NCBI RefSeq assembly: GCF_035594765.1 | Contig: NC_085846.1 | Span: 11,457,190-11,521,189 of the forward strand | Source of the DNA: Anolis carolinensis | Lineage: Eukaryota | Length of the DNA: 64,000 bases | Direction: 5' to 3' | Shown: piece by piece, positions 12,852 to 23,559 of the stretch | Layout of the letters: every line of letters begins with the position of its first letter | How positions within the stretch are numbered: the first letter of the stretch is position 1 | Program-made: the position numbers and the translations under genes | Notes under the pieces: model-generated | Database searches by the model: none | The model's input: the letters and a program-made list of their open reading frames with translations, nothing else | What the model was told of the DNA's origin: nothing

Positions 12852-13196
12852 GACTGGAACTACACTGCCCTATATGCCAGGATCTGATCTCAGATTATCT
12901 GGCAGTGTAGAGTTAGGACCTTCCAGACAGGCCCTATATCCCAGGATCTGATCCCAGGTTTTCTGCTTCAAACTGGATTGTATGAGTCTGCACTGCCAGA
13001 TAATCTGGGATAAACAGAAAATCTGGGATCATATCCTGGGATACAGAGCCTGTCTGAAAGGGCCCTCATATAATCCAGTTCAAAGCAGATAATCTGGAAT
13101 CAGATCCTGGGATGTAAGGACACTGTAGAAGGAGCCTCATATAATAAGGTTCAAAGAAGATAATCTGAGATCAGATCCTGGAATATAGATCCGGCC
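12852..13196. mobile_element. PIF/Harbinger-like MITE built from inverted ccaggatctgatcccagattatctg repeats
   Basis: Termini GACTGGAACTACAC ... ATAGATCCGGCC with tta/tca flanks. Absent from the paralogous site near 19995. Confidence 0.55.
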
Positions 13197-13559
13197 TCAT
13201 TCTGCCTTGACCCTAACTTGTTGTTGAGTCCTGCCAATGTTGAGCTTGGTCCTTGTACCTGTACCTGTTTCCACACAATCCGCCTATGAACCCTCCTGTC
13301 TCTGCTTTCCAATATTTCCCTCCTGTCTCATACCTTCCTACCCATTCTGTTCTAGAAGCTATGTTTCCAATCCTTTTGCTCCTGTGTCTTGTTAATTCCA
13401 AACCACTAATTTAGATAAACATGTTCTATATTATGAACATCCAAAATGCTGGAAGGTACTGCTATTTTTATTTGATACTAGGTGAGACAAAAATAGTTTT
13501 TTTTCTGCTGGGGTTTAGTGTCCAGGACCAATGGTGGTCCAAACTATATGACTGCTCAG

Positions 13560-13706
13560 TAAAAGGTAAAGGTTTCCCCTGACGTTAAGTCCAGTCATAT
13601 CTGACTCTGGGAGTTGGTGCTGATCTCCATTTCTAAGCCGAAGAGCTGGCGTTGTCCATGGACACCTCCAAGGTCATGTGGCTGGCATGACTGCATGGAA
13701 CGCCAT
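13560..13706 (-). mobile_element. Sauria SINE, 5'-truncated
   Basis: Tail plus body. TSD gactgctca (13550/13711). Confidence 0.8.
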
Positions 13707-14054
13707 TATGGACTGCTCAAGTCCTATTATATTCTATGAGGTAGCAAAATAATGTGCTTTGATTGTGTGCTCCTGCCTGGCAGAGGATTGGACTGGATGG
13801 TTCTTGTGGTCTCTTCTAACTCTTTTATTCTATGATTTTATGTCCCTTATCTAGAACCAAGGTTTGTGTTTTTGGGATATTTCAAAGCCATGGATTGTTG
13901 AATTCATACACAACCAATGGATATAGAGGACTGATTGTAAATGTCTACTTAGGCTTTGTTTTGTTTGGGATACAAGAGGCCTGAAAGGAAGCAGAACCCT
14001 TAACAGGAAGAACAATATAGACCAGACATTGTGTTGATATTCCTTCTGGCTTGG

Positions 14055-14594
14055 TCATGGCATGGTCAGGATCTGGCTTTCATCATAGTGAATGCAGCCA
14101 ATAATGATGTACCAAGGAGAGCTGTTTTCTTTGTACAGTAGAGTCTCACTTATTCAACTTAAACAGGCCGGCAGAATGTTGGATAAGCGAATATGTTGGA
14201 TAATTAGGAGGGATTAAGGAAAAGCCTATTAAATATCAAATTAGGTTATGATTTTACAAATTAAGTACCAAAACATCATGTTATACAACAAATTTGACAG
14301 AAAAAGTAGTTCAATACGCAGTAATGCTATGTAGTAATTACTGTATTTACGAATTTAGCACCAAAATATCACGATGTATTGAAAACATTGACTACAAAAA
14401 TGTGTTGGATAATCCAGAACGTTGGATAAGTGGGTGTTGGATAAGTGAGACTCTACTGTACTTGCAAGGCAGGCGAGTTGAACCCTCCTGCCTTGTAGGT
14501 AGTGACCCAGAAGGGTCTCCAGCTATGCCACAGGTCTTCCAAGGCCACTCAGCCTTCAGCATACACTGCCTGGAGCTGCCTTTTGGAACCATGG
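14055..14594 (-). pseudogene. RNase A pseudogene, duplicate of gene 1 (3' half only)
   Basis: Aligns to 3693-3925. Carries a deletion of about 15 nt removing residues before HYDESQI, a frameshift of about 2 nt before STRLPCKY, and a Tigger-like MITE inserted at 14136-14458. The 5' half, intron and promoter (equivalent to about 3925-6960) are absent. Confidence 0.9.
14136..14458. mobile_element. Tigger/pogo-like (Tc1/mariner superfamily) MITE, 323 bp
   Basis: TIR CAGTAGAGTCTCACTTAT / ATAAGTGAGACTCTACTG with TA TSD. Interrupts the gene-1 pseudogene. Confidence 0.88.
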
Positions 14595-15533
14595 CTTTGA
14601 ACTGCATTATATGTCTACACTGCTATATAATTAGGTTCAAAGCAAATAATCTGGATTTTATATGGCAGTGTGGAAGGGGCCCCAGTCTGCAGTGCTACAC
14701 GCATCATAGTGAGATCAAGATAACCCTCCACACATCTCCCACATGAGACCTCACTTTGGCGCAATGGGATGGTCCATGTCTCCAATCCATCCCATTATCA
14801 CTGAAGTTTGAAACACCCGGAAGACCAAAGTTTGGAAACACTGGCTTATAAGAATTTTATAGGGACATTTTTCAATTGCCCTATTTACTGATCTTTTTAA
14901 TAAAAAGGTTGTTAAGCTTTTTAATGTGATTTTTATTCTCATTTGTTAAATGAATAGAAAGAAAGACAGAAAAGGCCTCTGGTCTCATCTGTAAACCATC
15001 CAGTTGAATGCTGCCCTATTGTAAGATAGTTTCCATTCTCTCATGCTGTTGTAATGTATCTATGAAGGAACATGGCCTCTCCACAGGTCTGTCTCAACTG
15101 AAGTCGGTTGGTGGTTTGGCTGTCCAAACAGGTGAGGATTACAACACTATTGAAGGAAGTAGGGCAGCCTTGCCTGGTTGCCCAAGATGAAAGAACAAAA
15201 AAAATTGAGACATCTCCTGATATCTTTTCAAAATTTCTTCCAAAAAATGTTCAGTCTATCAGAGAACAACCACATAAGCTGAAAAACCCCCTCTAATTTT
15301 CTTTTATGTTCGAGAGCATGTGCCTTGATTAGCTTTCAACAGTTGGTATTTTGACACAAACAAGGCAAACCATATTCATTTCATGAAGCTCATTTTTAAT
15401 TTTAAAACTGCCCAGTTATTAACATGATATAGCTCAGTAACCCTAACCAGAAAGTTACCACATGAAAAGTTACTAAATTGAGGAAGATACAGTAAGGCTG
15501 AAAGTTCTTCATACAGCCACAGGCTCACCGCTG

Positions 15534-15680
15534 TTCCCAGGAAAGTGGTATATAATAGGAACCCTGGAAGAAGGAAACTAGGTCCTTTTCTGGGTCTTCG
15601 GCTCTGTCAGCAGAAAGAGCCAGTCTTCCTGAAGGAATCCAGAAGGAAAGGATTTTTTAAACCAAAAAGTTGGGTGAGTT
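15534..15680 (+). promoter_or_regulatory. TATA box, non-coding exon 1 and splice donor of gene 3
   Basis: TATATAAT at about 15549, GG|GTGAGT at about 15675 and TTCCCAGGAA at 15534-15543. Paralogous to 9461-9592. Confidence 0.7.
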
Positions 15681-17040
15681 GAGAAGCATGGGCCATGTCC
15701 AGTTTCTACATAAACTACTATAAAAGGAAGTTAATGTGTATGATAGTGGAATGAGTGTAGCTTTTGGGTACTTGTTGTTAACTGTCATAATCAACTCCAC
15801 AGTCCCCATGAATTAGAGACCTCCAAGATAGCCTATGCTCAACAGCCCTGCTCAGGTCTTGAAAACACTTTTTTGATTGAATCTATCCAACTATAATGCA
15901 GTTTTCCTCTTTCCCTGCTGCCTTCTAATTTAGCCAGCATAACTCGTCTTTTCTAGTGAGTTATGCTTTCTCGTGATATTTTCAAAGTATGACAATTTAA
16001 GTTATCTTGGTTTCTAAAGGCTTGATTTGCTGTACATACCATTTATTTTTTCAGTCCTCGTTTAGAAATATGTATCTACTAGCAGCCAGAATCCCTCAAC
16101 CAGGTATATAGGGATTAAAAATCAAACATTTATGGATAATGATTTAGTTTTGCAAGGATGGCTAAAAAGGCTGATTTTCCTCTTTATGAAGTACAGTTGA
16201 TGCATTTTCTTCAGTGATCACTGTAAACACTGTTTTTTTTTTGTTGCTAACAGATTTGTTTAAGTGTCTAGGTGGCTTTCAGAAATCTTTAACTGTTGGT
16301 AGTTTTTTCACATTGAGCTAGAGGACTCCATTTGGGGCCAGAACCCATAGTTTAAGAAGCACTGCTATAGAATGATGGGATTTGTAGTTTATGAAATATT
16401 TGGAATTTTCTGCTTGTCAGCTCAAGGCAAGCAATCATTGCCTTGAACTACAGCGGCAAACTTTAAGTGCCTCAGCAATCTACAAATCTCAGGACATTCT
16501 AGGGGAAAATTAATTTCTTGAGTCTACTTTGCCTATTATGAGCAATCAAAAAGAGGATAGATTTTCATGTAGTGTTTACTTTTTTCATCTAGTTTGGTGT
16601 AGCCATTATGGTTCTGGGGTAGAAGTGAATAGAATATTCAGATAGCGTATTAAAATGTGTTGGGAAAGTTTGATAAAGGAGATCCTGGATTAAGACTATT
16701 CTATTATGTTCCAGAGTTATTTTATCCATTCTTTCTTCTCCTCTCCATTTCATCATTGCATCAGACCTATGAGGCAGGACATGCACAGTCAGAGCAAGAG
16801 GGGGATTTCACCCAGGGGCTTCATTGCATATAACCTGGATCTCTTAGGTTGAACTCCAATTTTCTAACACAACATGCCCGGAAAGTTCCATGGTTTCTCC
16901 AATTCCGATTTTACTCCACTGCTTTAACCACTGCTTTCATGGCTCAATAGATACTAGAACCTATGTTTCTCAAATGTTCTCACTACAACCTCAATTTTTT
17001 TGTCTTTTCAGGTACACATCCAGCACCCAAGGAATCAGTC

Positions 17041-17454
17041 ATGTCTTTCAAGGTGTGTCTTCTCCTTTCCTTCCTCGTGGCCACTGCTCTGTTCCAAGGA
17101 AGTGAAGGCACATCCTACAGCGACTTCTTGAAAAGGCACCTGGACAACCCGAAGTCTGACTATCAGAATGACGAGACTTATTGCAACCTGATGATGAGTC
17201 GCAGGAACCTGAACTGCCAGCAGGGCAACACTTTCATCCATGCTATTGAACAGCAGCTGGTTGACATCTGCAATTCCACAGGGAAAGTCCTGGATGGGAA
17301 CCAGACCAGCAAAACCCTTTTCCCCATCACAGTCTGCACCCTGCAGAATGGCTCCAACAAGCTCTCCTGCAAGTACAAAGGGGAGACAAAAATCAAGAAG
17401 ATTCGGGTTACCTGCCAGAAAGGCCTCCCTGTTCATTATATTGCCCATACCTAA
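17041..17454 (+). CDS. Non-canonical RNase A-superfamily protein (gene 3), 137 aa, paralogue of gene 2, Lys41->Gln
   Basis: Acceptor ttttttgtcttttcAG just upstream (about 17010). Signal peptide, FLKRH (His12 kept), CQQGNTFIH (Lys41 lost), PVHYI (His119 kept, Asp121 lost). Colinear with gene 2 with no indels. Confidence 0.92.
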   Translation: MSFKVCLLLSFLVATALFQGSEGTSYSDFLKRHLDNPKSDYQNDETYCNLMMSRRNLNCQQGNTFIHAIEQQLVDICNSTGKVLDGNQTSKTLFPITVCTLQNGSNKLSCKYKGETKIKKIRVTCQKGLPVHYIAHT

Positions 17455-17773
17455 GTGTGGAGGGAAAGGAAATGTGGAGCTGGAAGAGATAGGGCTTATG
17501 ATGTGATCCCACCTTCTCAACAGCTCTTTTGCAAAGCACCTCTTACTCATACAGAGCTCATTATAATTCTGTGCCTAGTAGCAACTGGTCTCCTTAGCTT
17601 GAAATCTAATTTTGGTGACTGATGATGTTTCATTTCTGATTTAAGTCTATGCAGCACATTGCCAAATGTTGATTTTAAATTAGTGTTAAAACAGCAATAA
17701 TAATTGTTTATTTGAATACAAGAATATACCTTTCAAAGTGAGTTTGCAGTTTCCTGGCCAGTTTCTGTAATAC

Positions 17774-17779
17774 AATAAA
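17774..17779 (+). terminator. Polyadenylation signal of gene 3
   Basis: AATAAA followed by a GT-rich tract, at the position paralogous to 10815. Confidence 0.7.
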
Positions 17780-18198
17780 CAAAAACTATTACCAATCTAC
17801 TTCATTGTTGTTTCCTGTGTTCTTCTGTCTCCATGTGTTTTTTATGTAACATGGTACACTCTGCTCTCACCTAAAAATTGAAATAACATTTGAAAATATT
17901 TGAAAAATAGTAAAAAAAAAACACACACACACACATGTTTTCGCATAATAAGAATCTTAATGAGAAGAATTCTGGACTAAGGAGAATCTTCACGCAATTT
18001 GCACAACATTAGCACATGCATGTTTTGCACAGAAAGCAGCATTTTTTGCACAAAAACAGCTTTTTCTACAAAAGAAAATTAATGACTATATAAAGTATTT
18101 CACGCATAAAAAAGGAGGAAGGAAGGGGAGGAAACAAGTAATGTGCCATGACCTTTATATAGGGTTGGGGTTTTTTTTGCATGTGCTTTCATGGATAT

Positions 18199-18541
18199 GG
18201 GGCCCCTGGTGGCACAGTGTGTTAAAAGCACTGAGCTGCTGAACTTGCGGACCAAAAGGTCCCAGGTTCAAATCCCGGGAGCAGAATGAGCACCCGCTGT
18301 TAGCCCCAGCTCCTGCCAACCTAGCAGTTCGAAAATATGCAAATCTGAGTAGATTAATAGGTACCGCTCTGGTGGGAAGGTAACGGCGCTCCATGCAGTC
18401 ATGCCAGCCACATGACCTTGGACAATGCCGACTCTTCGGTTTAGAAATGGAGATGAGCACCAACCCCCAGAGTCGGTCACGATTGGACTTAATGTCAGGG
18501 GAAACCTTTATCTTTCTTTTACCTTTCTTTACCTTTCTTTC
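18199..18541 (+). mobile_element. Sauria SINE, full length
   Basis: tRNA head and tail. TSD ttcatggatat (18188/18542). Confidence 0.85.
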
Positions 18542-18798
18542 TTCATGGATATAAACCCACTCTTCTATCTGATACTACTTCAAAAGAAAAGATTTTACAT
18601 CCATGAAATGCCATAAGAAAATAAAAAGCAGTCTTTGGGCAAAAGTCAGGGAATACTTTGGAGACCGCAGAAAATTCTGGAGTATCCCACAGCTTTGGGA
18701 CTGTCTGGACAGTGGGCTCCAGATCTGATTTGGCCTTATCCACTGTCTAGCCTGGACATATCTCTTTCCTTGCATTCATCATTAGCACAAGGATAGAT

Positions 18799-18932
18799 AA
18801 GTAGTTCTCAACCTGTGGGTCCCCAGATGTTTTGGCCTTCAACTTCTAGAAATCCTAACAGCTGGCAAACTGGCTGGGGTTTTTGGGAGTTGTAGGCAAA
18901 ACACCTGGTGACCCACAGGTTGAGAGCCACTG
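18799..18932. mobile_element. hAT MITE (palindromic)
   Basis: TIR xAGTxGTTCTCAACCTG / CAGGTTGAGAGCCACTG and 8-bp TSD ggatagat. Confidence 0.85.
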
Positions 18933-19269
18933 GGATAGATTGTGCCTGTGTAGCTGCTGCCACATTTCCTAGCCAACTATAGAGCACCACCTGAGCTCCT
19001 GGACCTTGTAGGCACCTCTGGTGATATATGAGAATGGGGCACCCAAATTGGACCAATCCAACTGTCTAGAATGCCCAAAATTTCAAGCAAACCCCAGAGT
19101 ATCTCCTAACTTTGGTTGAAATTGTGCAAAGCTGGTTTAAAGTCACAAAACCTTGAGATACTCACTAGAAGCTGCTGTGTGTTCCACATGACACTAGTGA
19201 CTACCGACACTTCGTACTATCCCCATTCCGTCCTGAATCTAGTACCATCCAGATATTTTGTATATGAAA

Positions 19270-19455
19270 TTATAGATTCATAGAGCTGGAAGAGACCAGA
19301 AGAGATATCTAGTCCAATCCCATTCTCCATGCAGGAACACAGAATGAAAACACCCCCAACAAATGTCCACCCAACCTCTGCCTTAAAATCTCCAAAGGAG
19401 ACTCCACCATGTTCCAAGACAACTTATTCCACTGCAAAGAGCTCTTACCATCAAA
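19270..19455 (-). mobile_element. CR1 LINE 3' fragment
   Basis: catagagctggaagagacc...ctagtccaatccc, a typical CR1 3' end. Similar short fragments lie at about 8100-8175, 13760-13835, 42240-42350 and 45860-45910. Confidence 0.6.
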
Positions 19456-20015
19456 GCTCAGAAGACTGGATTTTGTATTGCGCTGTTTACTTTTGTTTGT
19501 TTGTAGATTTGTTGGTTTGTTTTCTGGAAAAATTAACTAATTAAAAGAAAAGTATTTGCTTTCTCAGACAAACCTCAAAATACGTACCTGAAAGCACAGC
19601 TCACTCCTAATTTATCAGAAATAAATTATCCTTTCCCCAATTCTTCTCTTCCTATTTTGTCCCAGAAAAGAGAGCGGTAACTGCTCTCTTCCAGTCTTCG
19701 CAAGGAGAGAGATGTCAAAACCCCCAACCTGCATGTTGTGCACAAAACCATGGACCACTCTTGATAGTGAATTATATGGTTTGTTAGTGGTTTATCACTT
19801 TCCCCAGTCCGAGTTCACTTCAGCACTATGTAACACAACAAGAGAACCAACAGACTTCAGTCTATTTAATACAAGCTCAGCTCATCCGTTATAACTGAGC
19901 TGTTACAACAGGATGGCATCAGTAGATGGTGCTAGCATCTTAGAAATTCTATTGCTTCTTAATAGTCCTTTGCCTTGAAATGGAGTTGTATTTGCTCATT
20001 TTGCCTTGGCCCCAA

Positions 20016-20765
20016 GCCTTCCTAATGCCACTATCCCTTAATTCAGTTCCTCATGTTGTGGTGACCCCCAACCATAAAATTATTTTCGTTGCTACTTCAT
20101 AACTGTAATTTTGCTACTGTTATAAATCGTAATGTAAATATCCAATATGCAGGATGGATTTTCATTCATTCAACTAAATTTGACACGAATACCCAATATG
20201 CCCAAATTTGAATACTGGTGGGGTTGAGGGGGATTGATTTTGCCATTTGGGAATTGTAGTTGCTGGGATTTATTGTTCACATACAATCAAACAGCATTCT
20301 GAAATCCATCAACAATGGAATTGAACCAAACTTGGCACACAGACCTCCCATGACCAACAGAAAATATTAGAAGGGTTTGGTGGGCATTGACTTTGAGTTT
20401 GAGTTTTAGTTCACTTACATCCAGAGAGCACTGTGGACTCAAACAATAATGGATCTGGACCAAACTTGGCACAAATACTCAATATGCCCATATGTGAACA
20501 CTGGTGGAGTTTGGGGAAAATAGATTTTGACATTTGGGAGTTGTAGTTGCTGGGATTTACAGTTCACCGCCAATCAAAAAGCCCCTTGAACCCCACCAAC
20601 GATAGAATTAGGCCAAAGGACAGGTGGAGAGATCATCAGCCTTCTCTGCCAAAGGGGTCACCTAAGACCATCAGAAATATGTCTTTTCTGATGGTCTTTG
20701 GTGACTCCTCTGAAGCCCCTCGAGACCCCCCCCCAGGGGTCCCGACCCCCAGGTTGAGAAACACT
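20016..20765. mobile_element. SPIN/URR1-type non-autonomous hAT transposon
   Basis: cagttcctcatgttgtggtgacccccaaccataaaattattttcgttgctacttcataactgtaattttgctactg matches the URR1/SPIN subterminal sequence as I recall it. The right end is cccgacccccaggttgagaaacact. Confidence 0.75.
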
Positions 20766-21160
20766 TACTTCTTAGGCGATCCCTCGTAGTTCGAGGATGA
20801 TGGTCCTCCATTTCTTGGAAGACGCCTGTGCGTGATTTTTTTTAATGTGTGGAGGTCAGTGCATGGCCGGTCAACACACAGTCTTCACAAATTGAGGTCC
20901 CAGCAGTGGTGTGATTAACACAATGAGAGTGGCTTCTCAGTCTGTTGCAGCCTTCTTCCGCCTTAACAGCCATTGTAACATGTACCATGTTATCTTCCGC
21001 CTGCTCCGCCATTGAGGTCTTTGGGTCTTCGGATTGTTCTTGGTCTGGATCCCCCCCTGTGGCCACTTCTGGGAGTGCATGACTCCAGTGGTTGTGCACG
21101 CAGGTTCATTGGAACACACAAGCCCCCTCACCACGTCAAGGTGACAATCCATCGAGGGGG
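20765..21160 (-). mobile_element. Short bipartite RTE-derived retroposon (5' UTR-like part plus 3' tail, ORF missing)
   Basis: Shares the 5' part with 1040-1845 and a tccctcgt/tccctcat 3' end motif. (GTAA)-like tail. Confidence 0.5.
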
Positions 21161-21413
21161 TGAGAAACCTCCTGTTGCTGTGTCCTGCCAATATTGAGCT
21201 TGTCCTCCCACTCTTCTCCTTAGAATCTGTAACTGTCCACTCTGGCCTACTTGCTCTGCTTTCCAGTGTTCTTCTCCCCACTCTGTTCTGGAAGCTGTTT
21301 CCAGGTCTTTTACTCATACCTCCTGTTAATTCTAAACCATTAATTTAGATTAACATGTTCTCTATTATGAACATCCAAAATGCTGGAAGTGACTAAAGCT
21401 ATTGCTACGCTTG

Positions 21414-21720
21414 TGCCCCTGGTGGCAGAGTGTGTTAAAGCGCTGAGGTACTGAACTTGTGGACCCAAAAAGGTCCCAGGTTCAAATCCCGGGAGCGGAA
21501 TGAGCGCCCACTGTTAGCCCCAGCTCCTCCCAACCTAGCAGTTCAAAAACATGCAAATGTGAGTAGATCAACAGGTACCGCTCCGGCAGAAAGGTAACAG
21601 CGCTCCATGCAGTCATGCCGGCCACATGACCTTGGAGGTGTCTATGGACAACGCCGGCTCTTCAGCTTAGAAATGGAGATGAGCACCAACCCCCAGAGTC
21701 GATCACGACTGGACTTAACA
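21414..21720 (+). mobile_element. Sauria SINE
   Basis: tRNA head and body. The tail is truncated. Confidence 0.8.
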
Positions 21721-22168
21721 TCAGTATTTCCCCCCAAAAATGTATCTATCCTTAACGGCTTGGATGTCTGGAAAAACATTTTTAGGCATTTTATATAAAG
21801 CACACACCATTACTAGGATTAAAGATTCTGATAGTAGATAATTATTCTAAAACTTTAAGAGAACCTTTAAGTGAGGTTTGAAACTGTGCTTCGACAATGT
21901 TACATAAACTTTGACCACTTTACATAAACAAATAATGTAACTTTGGAAATTTGTAACTCTGGTGAAATCATAATCATTCTTCAATGTTATTCTTTAAGAT
22001 GAAAGTATTTACTTAGCCTTCAAGTAATAATAACCATATCTATTATATTAGCTGTTCAAGGGTGTGTATGTGTACATTCTTGGGACACTTTGCGTATGTA
22101 CATTATGCAGATTATTTCCTCATTCAGCAAAATGTGTTATGAACGAATTGATCAGCAACCATATACAC

Positions 22169-22268
22169 CAGGCATGGGCTAACTTCGTCCCTCCATGTGT
22201 TTTGGCTGTTAGGAATTATGGGAGTTGAAATCCAAAACTATTGGAGGGCCGAAGTTTGCCCATGCCTG
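22169..22268. mobile_element. hAT MITE, 100 bp
   Basis: TIR CAGGCATGGGC / GCCCATGCCTG and 8-bp TSD atatacac. Confidence 0.85.
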
Positions 22269-23180
22269 ATATACACCCACTGATTTCACATTCAGGAAAA
22301 AAAACTGCTTTTGAAGATTTTCTTAGACCCAATGGATGGAATAGAGGTGTTATGTGTAAACCCTGTAGGCCAGTGGCTCTGAGTCTGGGATCCGGGGACC
22401 CCTGAGGTCACTATGTCTTCACAGGGATCCCTGAAGGATTAAATAAACAAATAATTAACTATTATTACTGTTGATAGTATTATTTTATATTTGTATGGCT
22501 TTATTATAATCAAAATATATTTTGACAGGGATGTGTGCATTAACAGATTCACTTCTTCTCTCTAAATGTGAAAGACATCCATGAGAAAATTGAAATAATT
22601 CTTTGATGGGACATCCTGTAGCACATTTTGCTATAGCTTTTAAATGAATATATCATAGAGTCTTAACCAATTCAACCTAGTATGTGGCAGCCACAAAAAC
22701 AAAGCTTCTGGAATATAGCAACTGTTTTCAAAGTAAGTACCACATAATTAAACAGGAAAAAACACTTTCAAACCAAGAACAGGAAAAATGTCAAATTTTG
22801 TTACATAGTGTAAATAATAGCCCTCTCTCCATCTGAATTCCAAATGATGTGGCATTGGAAGGAGAGAAGAAAACCCAGAATGAATTCATTTCCTCACAAA
22901 GCTATGTAGGCAGTGTGCTGTCATTTGCAGAGATGGTTTGCAGAGAGGGCTTGAATCCTGATTCACCTGTTTCATTCATGGTTTTGTACCATTTCGTCAA
23001 TTTGGATTGCATAGAACAGTACAATCCCATGGAAACAAAAGAAACAGTGAAATGAATGGCAGAGGGGAACAGTAGCCATTCCCCTCTGCTGATTCGTCAC
23101 CAGGCTGCAGGCTTGCAGGGGCTACAGTCGAGCACCAAATGCCGCCCAATGCCTGAAATTGTTTTGTTTTGTTTTTTACC

Positions 23181-23230
<50 letters not shown>

Positions 23231-23559
23231 TTTATTCTTATATCCCGCCCCATCTCCCCGGAGGGACTCGGGGCGGCTTACATGGGGCCATGCCCAGACA
23301 CGACAGCACAAATCAGATAAAACATTAAACCGAGCAGTAAAACTTCAACATGATTAAAAACAGTCATAAAAGTCAATATACACAATAATATTAAAATCCC
23401 GATTTGGGTCAAAAGATCCAGGCCAAGGTGCAAAGCAATATCAAGTTATCAGGGAGGGATAATTATACAGCAGGTGTAATACTTAAAGTGCTGAATGAAT
23501 CCTAAAAACAATCCAGAGGGTCTACTGCTTAATAGGTAAATAACATGATCCCACAAGGA

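Larger units (their letters stand above)
3400..21390 (+). repeat. Tandem segmental duplication 1: unit A about 3400-13455, unit B about 13500-21390
   Basis: Colinear similarity: 3421~13506, 3560~13915, 6960~14690, 7500~15060, 9350-9900~15440-15980, 10060-11240~17000-18570, 12000-12850~18670-19990, 13220-13455~21170-21390. Confidence 0.88.

Noticed and set aside
11527-18541. Sauria SINEs downstream of genes 2 and 3 as one ancestral, co-duplicated insertion
   Set aside because: They have different TSDs (taattccat vs ttcatggatat), and the paralogue of the second site (about 11221) is empty. These are independent insertions about 300 bp apart.
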